Shown in pieces: positions 38,964 to 51,899 of a stretch of 64,000 bases of DNA. The notes under the pieces were generated by a model. The model saw nothing but the letters and a program-made list of their open reading frames with translations. It was not told the DNA's origin and searched no databases. The stretch's first letter is position 1. Each line of letters starts with the position of its first letter. A program made the position numbers and the translations under genes. This stretch comes from Halocafeteria seosinensis. Lineage: Eukaryota. The DNA lies in the NCBI GenBank assembly GCA_001687465.1, contig LVLI01000132.1, positions 62,001 through 126,000 on the forward strand, in the 5' to 3' direction.

Positions 38964-39499
38964 CGTATCGTCTCTTAACGCCAGGTCTTACAATTCAAAT
39001 GACCCACGCGGCTTTCTCTATCCAATTCTACGTCTACATGTATTACGTATTGCATGTAGTCTTACACATAGTAAAATGCACAACAAACGTTCCTATGATG
39101 TTGTTGTTAAATGCACGCTATTACCAGTGTAGTGTATTCAGAAGGGGCAATAGCTTCTATTCACAAGATCACTTCCGGGCTCGGAGCCCGGCTAGGAATT
39201 TAAGTTGGAATCGTACTTTCTGTGCAAATTGGCACCCGAAGTTCGGCTCGCTCCTCGGGTAACTCCATCAGATGTATATCGACGTATTACTTTAATGGAT
39301 TGCTGTCTGCATACTTAAAATGGACCCTTCCTACCAGCTGGAAGTTCATGTCGCTTTCAGCACATCATTTGCAATAGCAAAGAGAAGTGGAATTTATTCA
39401 GTTTGGATTGCAGCTTGCAAGGTAGCCAATGCACGACAGGAGGCGTTGTAAACTATTACTGTACAAGCGCAAGGAAGTTCAGCTGGATTAGTGCGGTGG

Positions 39500-40531
39500 T
39501 TAATACAGCCAACCTACTAAAGAGCATTTGGGATACCTGGTAAACGTAACATACTCAGTATCACACTATTTCATAGCGCGTATCATCACTTTGCTTGAAA
39601 GATGAAACCAACTTACTTCTTCTGTAATTCAGGCCATTGCACAAAGAAACCATCGGCTACAGGATACAGCAACTTTCCAGTTAATGATAGTGTGTCCACC
39701 CGGCACATGCTTTCAACGAATACTGTAGACGCATTCAGAAGTCCCAAGTATTTCCAGAGAAATGCACCCGCACAAACCGGAATACATGTGCCTGTACATT
39801 CAGTAGCGAGTTGAAAAGCATCGGGGGCATTACCTACCGAGAATTACCTACCTGGGCCATTGCAAAGAACGACGTCTGGCTTTCGTTTCCAGACCAAGTA
39901 CACACTAAATAAAATAGAATAAAGAGTAGTAAACACAGAAGAGATATAAGACTGTCCAACCTCTCGACTTCTGGGGATGAGATCCGTTATTGTACTCGAA
40001 TTTCCCTGCACATACGTAGTCTCCCGTATATGGTAACGAGGCGATACCAGGACCACTGCTCCAACTTACAATTTCGCTCTGTCGTAGTTGCTTGGCAGAG
40101 GTACTATCAGAATTTGCTATGACATAAAAAATTTCCTTAAATTCGAATTGGTGATCAGACAACGCTCTCATCATGGTCTGCATTTCGCTAGTGTGTCCGC
40201 CTGCTAACAAGGTAACCACGACAGTCAACCCACATGGAATGCGGTAATGAACAGAGGAACCGAGCACCTACCAGACCCTAACACTACCATAAGGCGGCAT
40301 TGATCGGCCCTCCTAAAAAACGTTTCTGCAAACATAGAGACGGCACGGGGTGAATACTGATGCGCGGTCCAAATTAAGTGTTTACTGCAACTTACGCCAT
40401 CTCTCGTTGTTGCTTCGCGTAGAGCTGTAGTTGGACGCCCATGTTCGAAACCTGTGTGGAAGAACTTGGAGCAATCGCAATACTGCTGCTCCCAGGCAGA
40501 TGAGAATGATCCATGTCCATAGGCCTATCAT
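39500..40531 (-). CDS. ALG14: UDP-GlcNAc transferase subunit Alg14, multi-exon
   Basis: N-terminal TM segment followed by VLGSGGHTSEM, IPRSREVGQSY, PDVVLCNGPG, VESMCRV..LSLTGKLLY, FFVQWPEL. The last exon is YPKCSLVGWLY*. Confidence 0.92.
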
Positions 40532-40834
40532 AGCTTCGGGTGCTCCAGAATCGCGTCCATGAGACAATCAGTCGAGGAGCCTCTCCCTCATCCACACATG
40601 CCTACCAAGTCATTACAACCTCCTACCACTAACATAAACAAATATTGGATCACTATATCATGGTATGATCAACCCTACCACTCATTTATCTGCCTTGTAA
40701 TGTACTTGCCTCAGATGTTGTGTGAAGATGTTTGACGGTTGGTCGCTCAACTCGCTCCTGCCAGCTACTAGTAGATACCAGCTGCATAGGGTTGATACAG
40801 AGGGGGCATACTAATTGAACGAGAGGTGGCAAAT

Positions 40835-41952
40835 ATGATTCGAGGTGAGCATACGCGCGGGACATCCTCTGGAGGAGGAGGAGGGAGCACGAAAGTGGGG
40901 GCTGTAAGTGGATTGTGGCTGGAAACTGAATGGTGGCTACATGTTCTTTGACATAAATATATATGAGGTTGCAGATGGTTTTCAATCAAGAAAAACAGGC
41001 TTGGGAAAGGGCCGATGGGACCACTACAGATGACGAAATGGCGGACTTTGATCGTCTACTGGACGATGAAGAAGATGAAGAGGACGGCTTCTCTCCTGCT
41101 GGCTTCTCTCCCGAAACTGAACGACAAGCCAACAACACCGCTTCCAGTGCTTCAGATATGGGTACAATGCAAACGCCAATGCACCAAGGAAGAGAATCCC
41201 AAAAACAAGAAAGAGCATCTGCAGTTGGACCGAATGATATCCCGGGCGCTGATAGCGAAGAAGAAGAAGATTGGGACGAGGTAGTAGAGAGTTCAGGCAT
41301 TCTGCCATCCAGTAACGTTAAAGTACAGGCAGACCAGATAATGCGTTCCAATGACTTTGAAGAAGAAGACTACAATGATAAGGAGGGCTTGGGCTCCCTG
41401 GATCAGTTTCAAGAAGATGATGAAAACTGGGACAAGCTAGCCAGTGGTCAAGGGAATGAGTATAACTCAAACCCTAATGATCAGCTTCCCGTTTCGTCTG
41501 ACGAAGAGGAGGAAGATCCTTTCCATTTGGATCTGCGGGAGTTAAAATATATGGAGAAGGAAGCCCATGAAGCAACTCATTTTTTATCATCTCTCCCGAA
41601 GCGTACCCATCGAACGCAGAATGTCACTACTGATGTCACTGCGTCACGGTTCTCCGGGATTATGCAGTCGCCTAGCCATTCTACTCATCGCAGTAGCTCA
41701 ACTATGCGGCCACGGCAGCGAGCTCAAACTCGTTCTACAGGGTCCAGTGAGATGTCGAATGTTTTAGATGACACCGGTACTCGACATACTGTCAAGACCC
41801 CCTTGAAACGGAAGAAACGAGAACTACAGAAATTACTTCATTACCTTGAGGCCGAAAGCAAACAACTCGCTCGAGCAAGAATGGTTGCAAATTCTCGCCG
41901 TCTTCAATATTTACAGAACCGGGTACAGTCTCTACAAGAACAGTTTAGTTAA
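40835..41952 (+). CDS. Acidic protein with a Byr4/Bfa1-like motif (start may lie further upstream)
   Basis: Intron 40904-40974 joins ...STKVGA|MVFNQEKQAWE, followed by D/E-rich tracts and a C-terminal coiled coil. Confidence 0.5.
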
Positions 41953-42619
41953 CACTCAATGAGTATCCGTATAAGAAAAAGAGAATACAAATATATTTTT
42001 CACAGTAGTGTGTTTCGTTTCGTAGACGGTTTCCAGCCACCGCCCGCTTGGCCTGGGCTGCTCTTCTTTATGTCAATGCTGTTCCCTCGAGCTGCACTGC
42101 TACTATTACCATGAACAAGGGTGCCACCTTCGACGACGACATTGGAGGTGTAGTTTCATTCATCCTGGTAGAAGACAAGCTCCTTCCTTCTTCCAACGTG
42201 GATGTATTCCGCAGGATGTCAGCTGCCGAATCGGAAGTCCGACGTCATGGCTGCCTCCCACAAGTTCGGATATCCATGAGTTTGTCATCTCTCTCTTCTC
42301 CGATCATCAACCCCGTAGTCTCGTTGCGTAGATTGGGCGGCGAGCATCGGCGTCTGTAGAGTGCTACGGACACGTCCCTCTAGAGTCCCCCCTTGTACGG
42401 CCTCTTTTGATTGGAAGGCGTCCCTTCCTCCTCCTACTGCCGTAGTTACATTCAACTCCCCGAGTTGGACCATTCTCTACAGAGTTAATCCGGACCTGTC
42501 TCAGGTCTCTAGTCTAGGGAGTGCAACGGTGTAGATAGCCTGGAAAAAGGGGCTATCGGGAATACAAAAAGTGCTCGATATTCCGTTGGAGAACAGAAGA
42601 CTATAACCCCTCCATAACG

Positions 42620-44295
<1,676 letters not shown>

Positions 44296-44600
44296 TCCTT
44301 GTAAGCATATTTATGCAGTTGTAGATGGTTAGTTTCTGTTGGGTTGGTTGTTTTTCTTTATGATTATTACACCGACGGAAAATGTCCCCGTAGCCGTGTC
44401 TTCATCGTCCATCGGTAGCGAGTACCTCGCAGTCCCCACATACCATCTTTTTATCCTGGAGATCTTTATAGGTTAAGCCGCATCAGATCTGTACCACCAT
44501 ATATATGAAATATATATGGCCTGTGAAGCCCTTTTTGTCCCCCTGGGCAGTTGACCGGTACAGTACTCCAGTGAGTGGTAGTTGTTGGTGTTGCTTCCAA

Positions 44601-44654
44601 AGGACGTCATCAGGACCAATTCTACAAGGACGTCATCCCAGGACCAATTCTACA
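44601..44654. repeat. Short tandem repeat, 2 copies (26 and 28 bp)
   Basis: aggacgtcatcaggaccaattctaca followed by aggacgtcatcccaggaccaattctaca. Confidence 0.9.
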
Positions 44655-44871
44655 CAATGCCAGCTACACTGGCAAGGGCGCTTGCCTTCTTTCAAAAAAT
44701 CTTTGGGACGAATACATTCAAGTATACTACACAATATCCTCCCAATCCTATTAAGCAATAAACTGCTAGCTAGCCATGCGGAGGTTGGGATGTGACGGAA
44801 ACGGATACTGAAGTTCGGGTCTGCGTCAATGCTTTGAAGTCACTCGTTTATGCTGCCTCTCTCCTAGTGGA

Positions 44872-45250
44872 ACACACACACAAATGTGACAGATAGCCCA
44901 CGTGGAACAGCGGGCCTGTAGCTACCAGACACGGGCGCCAGCTGCTACCTAGGTGTAGCGGCTAACATCCAAGAGGCGGTGGGCCATCACTCACGGCGCC
45001 GCTGTGGCAGGCTCAGGGTCTTCTCCTGCCAGACTGAGCCTTGTCGGTACCTCTGACATTGTGGGCGCAGGCATGGCTCCTCCCGGTGCCTCCTGAGCTT
45101 AACCAGTGCTGTGTTCCCTCACGGCGCATGTCAGCAAGGCTGCAGGAACAGCGGGCCCGTCGCTGCTTAACACGGGCGCATACCGCTCCTCGTTAAGAGG
45201 ATGTGGTCAACTTCCCGGCCGGGGGCTATCTGTCACATTTGTGTGTGTGT
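44872..45250. mobile_element. MITE-like non-autonomous element, 379 bp
   Basis: Perfect 28-bp TIRs (acacacacacaaatgtgacagatagccc at 44872-44899 and its reverse complement at 45223-45250), GGA on both flanks, and a GC-rich non-coding interior. Confidence 0.7.
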
Positions 45251-46085
45251 GGAGAGCCTGGGAACCCACGACTTTCCACAGCAGGCTTCGATTGCCAGCC
45301 AAAGCTGGCATTGAACATATTCATCCCCAGAATTCTCTAGGTTAAATGCCACACCGATAGCGAACACACACAGTGAAATGTGACTCGTGGCGGCGGTGTG
45401 ACAACACAACGGGTATGCACCCAGGAACTGGTAGCGGTAAACACAATCAAGGTCTGAGCCATCCGGTCGTGAATATGCGAGGCAGAGTGCTCAGCGTACA
45501 ATAGAGCTGGTTCCGGAGTCAGCGCTTCATGTTTTGTGTGTATTTATTTTCTTTCAAGAAACCGTTAGTATCCACCTACTCCACCAACTAGCTACCGGCA
45601 ACACAAGTTGCAACCACCGATGAACCAGGGTGCTATTGGCATGCATGAAGCCACAACTCAACCTTTGCTGAAGATCCCAGGCATCTCCCACCGGATCAAT
45701 GACCCGGAGACAGGGTCAATCCATTCCGAACTATGCCTCCAAGAGTCAGCGCTGTGTACCTCTGTCAATGCAACATTTGTGGTGGTAGAACCAATATGTG
45801 CAGATGGTTGTTTCCTCGAATGAGACTCCATTTCGATTGTACCTGTTGTTTATTCGACTATCCGCTGCGGGCAGCCTGCGGGGTCGATTCCCGATTCTCC
45901 GTTCACATTTGGCGGCGGTTTGAACTTTCTCCGCTGTAGGCCCCTCAACAGGTACACTTTACAGGTTATTCGGAGTTGTCGATAAGTTTGGACATGTACT
46001 CCCGAAGCTTCTATCCGTTTAGCTCTCGTAATAACGAGCATTGTGCATTTAGACACTTCAAAATTGCAGGCTTGCTAGATTCAGC

Positions 46086-48360
46086 ATGTCAGGATCCACA
46101 GAGGAAATAACAGTAGAGAGGCCACTGGAAAAGCATGATGAGATCGCCATCCTGGATTTTGGCTCCCAGTATACGCACATCATCGCTCGAAGGCTAAGAG
46201 GTAAGCTAAGACTGAAGTCTGTCCTGTCCTCGTCGCGGCTCCAACTTTGCGTGTTTCATGCCCCTACAGAATGCTCTGTGTTTTGTGAGATACATTCTTG
46301 TGAAATATCGGCTCAGAATTTAGTGAGAAATCGTTCAATCAAAGGTTTGATTCTGTCTGGGGGCCCAGCAAGCGTCTATGATGAAGATGCACCGCATGTC
46401 AGTCGAGAGCTCTGGGAGCTTGCTGAGGAGCGCCAGTGGCCGATACTCGGTATTTGCTACGGCTTCCAAGAAATGGTGCATCACAGTGGAGGGAAGGTTG
46501 AATATGCGCTAGAACGAGAGTATGGTCTTGCCGTAAGTACACCCTAGCAGCTCTTGGTACCACCACTAGTGTTCAGACGGTCTCTCGACTCCAGCTGATA
46601 GAGCAAATGAGCGATGCTAAGAGTGGGCAACTCTTCGAAAACATACCGAGTAGTGTGAAGGTAAGCCACGCTTGCTAAGCATTACCGGAATGCATGAAAA
46701 GAGCTTGGCTGTTTGGGGCTTGTCGGCAGGTATGGATGAGCCACGGCGACAAAATTGTGAAGCTACCGGAGCGAACGTCAGTTCTCGCGAAGACAGGTAC
46801 AAGAAGTGCGGGTCACCCTTTGGCTTCTAGGTCGTCACTGTATTCACATTTTGGACTACAGAAAATACACAGTTTGCAGTTGTGGCTTGGTCGCAGCAAG
46901 ACTGGTATGGAATCCAGTTTCACCCGGAAGTGTCTCACACAGAGTACGGAAGGCAGTTGCTCCAGAACTTTTGTATCAACATCTGCAAGGTACATCCGGT
47001 GAGTTGCAAATCAAAGCTAGATTGTTACGTTAGAAGAATGGTTGTTGAATTGGTTCCATCGCTGTTCAGAACTGGACTATGGAGTCATTTGTTGATGATG
47101 CCTTGGAGGAAATCAGGTTGAAAGTTGGCCCAGATGCTCATGTGATTGGTGCTGTCTCTGGTGGAGTAGATTCCACTGTCGCAGCCGCATTGATGACTCA
47201 GTATGTGTTATATTGCTTGATGATTTGTCTCCAAGGGTATTCATCCTACTGGTAAATTGCAGAGCAATCGGAAAACGCTTTCACGCAATTTTGGTCGACA
47301 ACGGTGTTATGCGAGAGCATGAAGTAGAAGAAGTTCAATGTCGGCTTACATCTGAGTGTGGTGTCGATCTTCGCGTAGTAGATGCTGCTGAGCTATTTCT
47401 ATCGCGTCTGAGGGGAATAGAAGATCCAGAAACGAAACGTACAATTATTGGTAACACGTTTGTAGAGGTAAGCCTCTGATATGGCGATATTGACGCTCCC
47501 TGCATTTTGAACGTCCCTTTCGCCCTTAACAGGTGTTTGAAGAGGAGGCGAAGAAGTTGACTAATGTAGAATACTTGCTCCAAGGGACGCTGTACCCAGA
47601 CGTCATCGAAAGTGTTAGCTTTAAAGGTAGGAAGTGGTTATGTTGGCAGTTGGTTTCTACGGGACTTGACTAAGGCCTCTTTGGAGATCTCTACAGGGCC
47701 CTCAAAAACGATAAAGACACATCACAATGTTGGAGGTCTGTCGGAGAATATGAAACTTAAAGTTATAGAGCCACTCCGGGAATTATTCAAAGATGAAGTG
47801 AGCTTCCCCGATACAGAACATCGTCCGTAACCCAGTTGCTGAATTACCGTCATCGTATCGCTGCAGGTTAGAGAGCTCGGGAAGGCCTTAGGGTTGCCAC
47901 ATGACAGTCTGTTTCGCCACCCGTTTCCAGGACCAGGGTTAGCTATCCGCATTATCGGCGCTGTTGATGAGGACTGCGTAGATACTCTACGTCGAGCTGA
48001 CGCCATCTACGTCTCTGGTAGGTTGACTTCCGATTCGGTGTGGCGTTGTGTTTAGCGCTTTCTTAAGTTTGGTGAATTTCAGAACTCCGCTCTAGCGGCG
48101 AGTACGACAATATCGCCCAGGCGTTTGCAGCCTTACTTCCGTGTAGGAGTGTGGGTGTAATGGGAGACAATCGGACTTATGAAAAAGTGATAGCCTTGAG
48201 AGCCGTACAAACGACAGATTACATGACCGCAGATTGGTACCGGTTTCCTTACGACGTTCTGGCACGAGTCAGTACACGGATCATTAACGAAGTTCCCGGT
48301 GTTAACCGGGTCACTTACGATATATCGAGCAAGCCACCCGCCACAATTGAATGGGAATAG
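46086..48360 (+). CDS. guaA: GMP synthase (glutamine-hydrolysing), many introns
   Basis: Motifs: [89 protein letters not shown]. Confidence 0.97.
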
Positions 48361-49197
48361 CCTATACCACTGTTTAGCAAGCACTTCAGGAGCTTGGACT
48401 CATGCAGCATCCAAGTTTAGCGATATGTTTCCTAGAAAATAGATCTACTTCAAACATCTACAGTTTGTGTGTGGGGCGAATACATGGGTTATACTTATTA
48501 CTAATGTACATCGAGCATCCCCAGCAGCGAATCTCAAGAGTTCTCACTTCGCGTCGAAGGCACCGGTACAGCATATATGGCATTAGAGCCTTGGGATGAA
48601 TATGCTCACTTTACCGCCACTGTAGCTTTTCTATCATTTAGCTAGTGACGACTGGCCAAAATACTTATTCGACCGAAGATCATACTCGGAGTTTACGAAG
48701 CAGTTACTGCCGCTCCGATAGCTGAGTGATACACATGCACCCAGCGTAATCACCGCTCATTGGGGTGGACAGCATTGTGGTATCACGTTTGTCAGACGTT
48801 TCTTCCCCGTATGCACTACTATGCAGTAGCATTATGGCGCCGGGCTGAGCGGAGTTGGGGGAATAGCGAGGTAGGTTTTTCCCAAACCCTGCTTGTTAAC
48901 TCCGCTTGAAAAAGTTTGCGATGTGGACAAGGGAGTCAAGTGGCCCAGATGGATTTTGTCCGCTGAGTCTTGTTACTCCTGTGCTACTCGCGTGCTTTGT
49001 GGGTAGACAGGGCTGGGTCTGTCAGTTACGGCGGTCAATGCTGGCATGCAGTCTGTTGCTTTGATCACTGTACGCGAACGAACATGGTTGAACGCCCTTG
49101 CCACACACACGTATAGAGAGATAAAACAAGAGACGCAGCTTTGCCAGGAACAGGCATACGATCTCTTCTATTAATACAGGATAAAAGACGGGTGAAA

Positions 49198-51212
49198 ATG
49201 AATACAGATACTTGGTCATGTAGGTAGAATACGGCGTTCCTCGTCACCTTGGTACTGCGTAATGCCAACCACGAGGAGCATATAGCCCCGCCATATTGGT
49301 TTCTCACTCCTTTTACCTTTGTTTTGCAGCATGCTCGTATGAGGACCTTCCAATTGTGGACTTCGATAAGTGTGCCGAACAGGTACGTCAGGTGGAAGAT
49401 GCAGATAGGCATCAAACAGTGACTGCGGTTCAAAAAGTTCGTCTTGGTTTGCAGGCGAGTGTATCTCGAGGGGAATACGACTATGCCGGTGCCTTGGAGT
49501 TCCTTCTCATATTGTATGCTGAAGGAATTACACGACTTCGTTCTTTCCTCGAGGCTGTCCATGCGTTCGCCAACCACCAAAGTCTGACTGTTGACGTGGA
49601 AACACGTGGAACTGAGGGCAACGATTCACATTGGGATTCTCACCCTATTGAGAAGGCCATTGGAGACCACACTCACGCTATAGCCGGAAGTGCATCCAAT
49701 ACAGCTGTATGGCGAGTTGCTAAGGCCGCGAAGGAGGTATCCAACCAGATCAAAGAACACATTACACGCATGCAAAACAAAACTGGCCAGCATGAGTTCC
49801 ACACTGTCCAGGACAGAGAAATCACATCCACGAGAATTAATTTTTTGAGCACTCTGTTGGAAAATGGTTGGTTTCATGAACTGAAAGACAGATTTTATGA
49901 GTTTACGAAATATCTGGAAACAGACGTCGCGCAGAAAGTGAGTGTTCACAATACCATGAGTACTCAGACACCTTCAGGCTAATCCAATCTCTGGATATAT
50001 GGTTTGTAATAGGTGCAGGTTGATCAATCATGTACCGAAGATGAAATTAAGGAGCTACTAGAAGAATCTGGTGACGTTAATGGAGCTTCACTTGTACAAT
50101 GGAGAAAGCATGCCGGAACCCGGCACTTCCAACAGTTCCTCGCTGACGTGCTTGATATTCCAAGGACGTTGCGTCGTCGTTATGAAACTCCAAATTCAAG
50201 ATTAGACGGGGAGAGCATCGTGAATTCTATTCCGTATGATGCAGTGGCCAATGATAGGAGCGATAATACCTACGGTATCCCCGGCTGGGAGTGGCCTCCC
50301 GACCGTCCCGAAGAGCAGAAATTGCGAGGTGTTAAAGTGGACAAATTCCCTGATAACGACGTGTCAAGGATGGTTGAACAGAGTGACTGGAATTGGTCTG
50401 AGCTAACAGAAATGCTCATCACGCACTATCACGAAGGTATCCAACACGTTCGAAACGTCACAAGGGCAGCCAGTGCCTTTCGCGAAGATGGTAAGCTATC
50501 GGTACTGACAGAAGATGGCCAGCGGGAAAATATAGAGAGTGCTATCAAGGCATCGGCTCATGCTATTAAAGGAAGCAGCGGGTCTCTCGGTTTACTGAAA
50601 ATGTGGAAGATAGCCAAACTCATCGAACTGCCAAACAAGGCATTCTGGGAACGCTTGTCACCTGAAGAGAGCCATTTTCCTCCAGAAGAGGAAAGGCGCA
50701 TCTTCCTAAACAAGTTTACGCATTGTCCGAATTTATTGTTCTTCTGGGTCCAGTTCCGGAATATTGCCATACTTCTGAAAGAAGTCATCCCACAGTACAC
50801 TGACGTCCCGATGGATGAGTTACTTGCTAACATGGGCGAAGAACTGGATGGCAAAGACGAGTATGGTGTTTCATACGCTCAGTTGTACGAGCAGGTATCC
50901 ACTGCCCACTTTGATTCTCAATTCGATGATATCATCATCTATAATCCTTTTGGGCCAAGTTACTATCCTCCTAGCTCCTCGTCACGGAACGAGTCTCGAG
51001 GAGAGGAGCGTAGTAATGAGACGACGAGTCCTCGATTAGGAGGGAGCAACCCTGAGCCTAATGAAGAAACACATTCGGAAATTCATGGAATCTATCCACA
51101 AGGAACCGAAGAGTCAGGACGGGGAAGGTTTGAAAAGGATCGGCGTCCAAAGGAACCACCATCCCCCTCACAGAAACCTGCGGATGTTGGCTGCCACTGT
51201 CAAGTGCTCTAG
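49198..51212 (+). CDS. Tandem-HPt (histidine phosphotransfer) domain protein with C-terminal CaaX, paralogue 1
   Basis: Exons 49198-49219, 49330-49937 and ~50019-51212. Contains AHAIKGSSGSLGLLKMWKIAKLIE (His 50559) and THAIAGSASNTAVWRVAKAAKEV (His 49674), and ends VGCHCQVL*. Confidence 0.75.
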
Positions 51213-51899
51213 AATTCTTGCACGGTGTTTTCACTACTTGCTTATTTTTTGGTTATGGTTATGCATGTTCGAGCACTACAACCACACGGAAAAAAGAAGA
51301 AGAGAAAAAAAAGACGATACATTCGTATGCGTTGTAGAGTTGCACCAACTGGTGCAGCTTGTAGGTTGGTTGTCGTTTCCAGCGGTCGCCTTTAGCGATG
51401 TAGGCTAGAACCCAAGAACCAAATCTCACACGATGGTGCTCTTTTAGTATTATCTACGTACGTTAGGCACGTATCCCAAAATCTCTCCAGTTAGCATCGC
51501 TCCACTTCGTCCGCTTGTAGGAATCTGTTCGACGGTGCTCGCGCCGGGCCGGAAGAAGCCAGCGTGTGGTTTCGACCCAACCTCGCTGCTCCGGCGCAAG
51601 TCTAGTTACATCCGGTAGTTATGGCAGTGTCGATAGTTGGGCGTACCTCCTCGTTAGAGTAGACAAGATGCGAAACATGGATAGAATGCAGGACAATGAG
51701 CTGTATGTTTTTTGAAGGGGGGATCAGTTTTGAATAGGATAAAAAAAGATAACCTTCTTTTCCCCTTTATCTCCCTCTGTGGACGGAGCCGCAAGAAAGA
51801 AGAAGAATATGAGTGGTATCCACCGCGCATACTAACTCTGCAGACTTCAAGTGCAGTTGCTCTCGTTGTTGCTGTACAATTTAGAGAGGGCGAAGTGCA

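Noticed and set aside
39175..39195. Hairpin ccgggctc-g-gagcccgg followed by CTAG, resembling a Helitron 3' end
   Set aside because: There is no spacer between the hairpin and CTAG, no following T, and no supportable 5' end or second copy.
42000..42600. Small gene between the acidic protein and the MAPK
   Set aside because: Only short ORFs without motifs, and no convincing splice model.
45060..45110. HDV-like or twister ribozyme inside the TIR element
   Set aside because: I could not assemble the required pairings or conserved core by eye. A covariance-model search would be needed.
51541..51600. SRP RNA helix-8-like string ccgggccggaagaagccagc
   Set aside because: The stem closing the GGAA loop does not pair, and the CAGG/AGCA internal loop is not matched.
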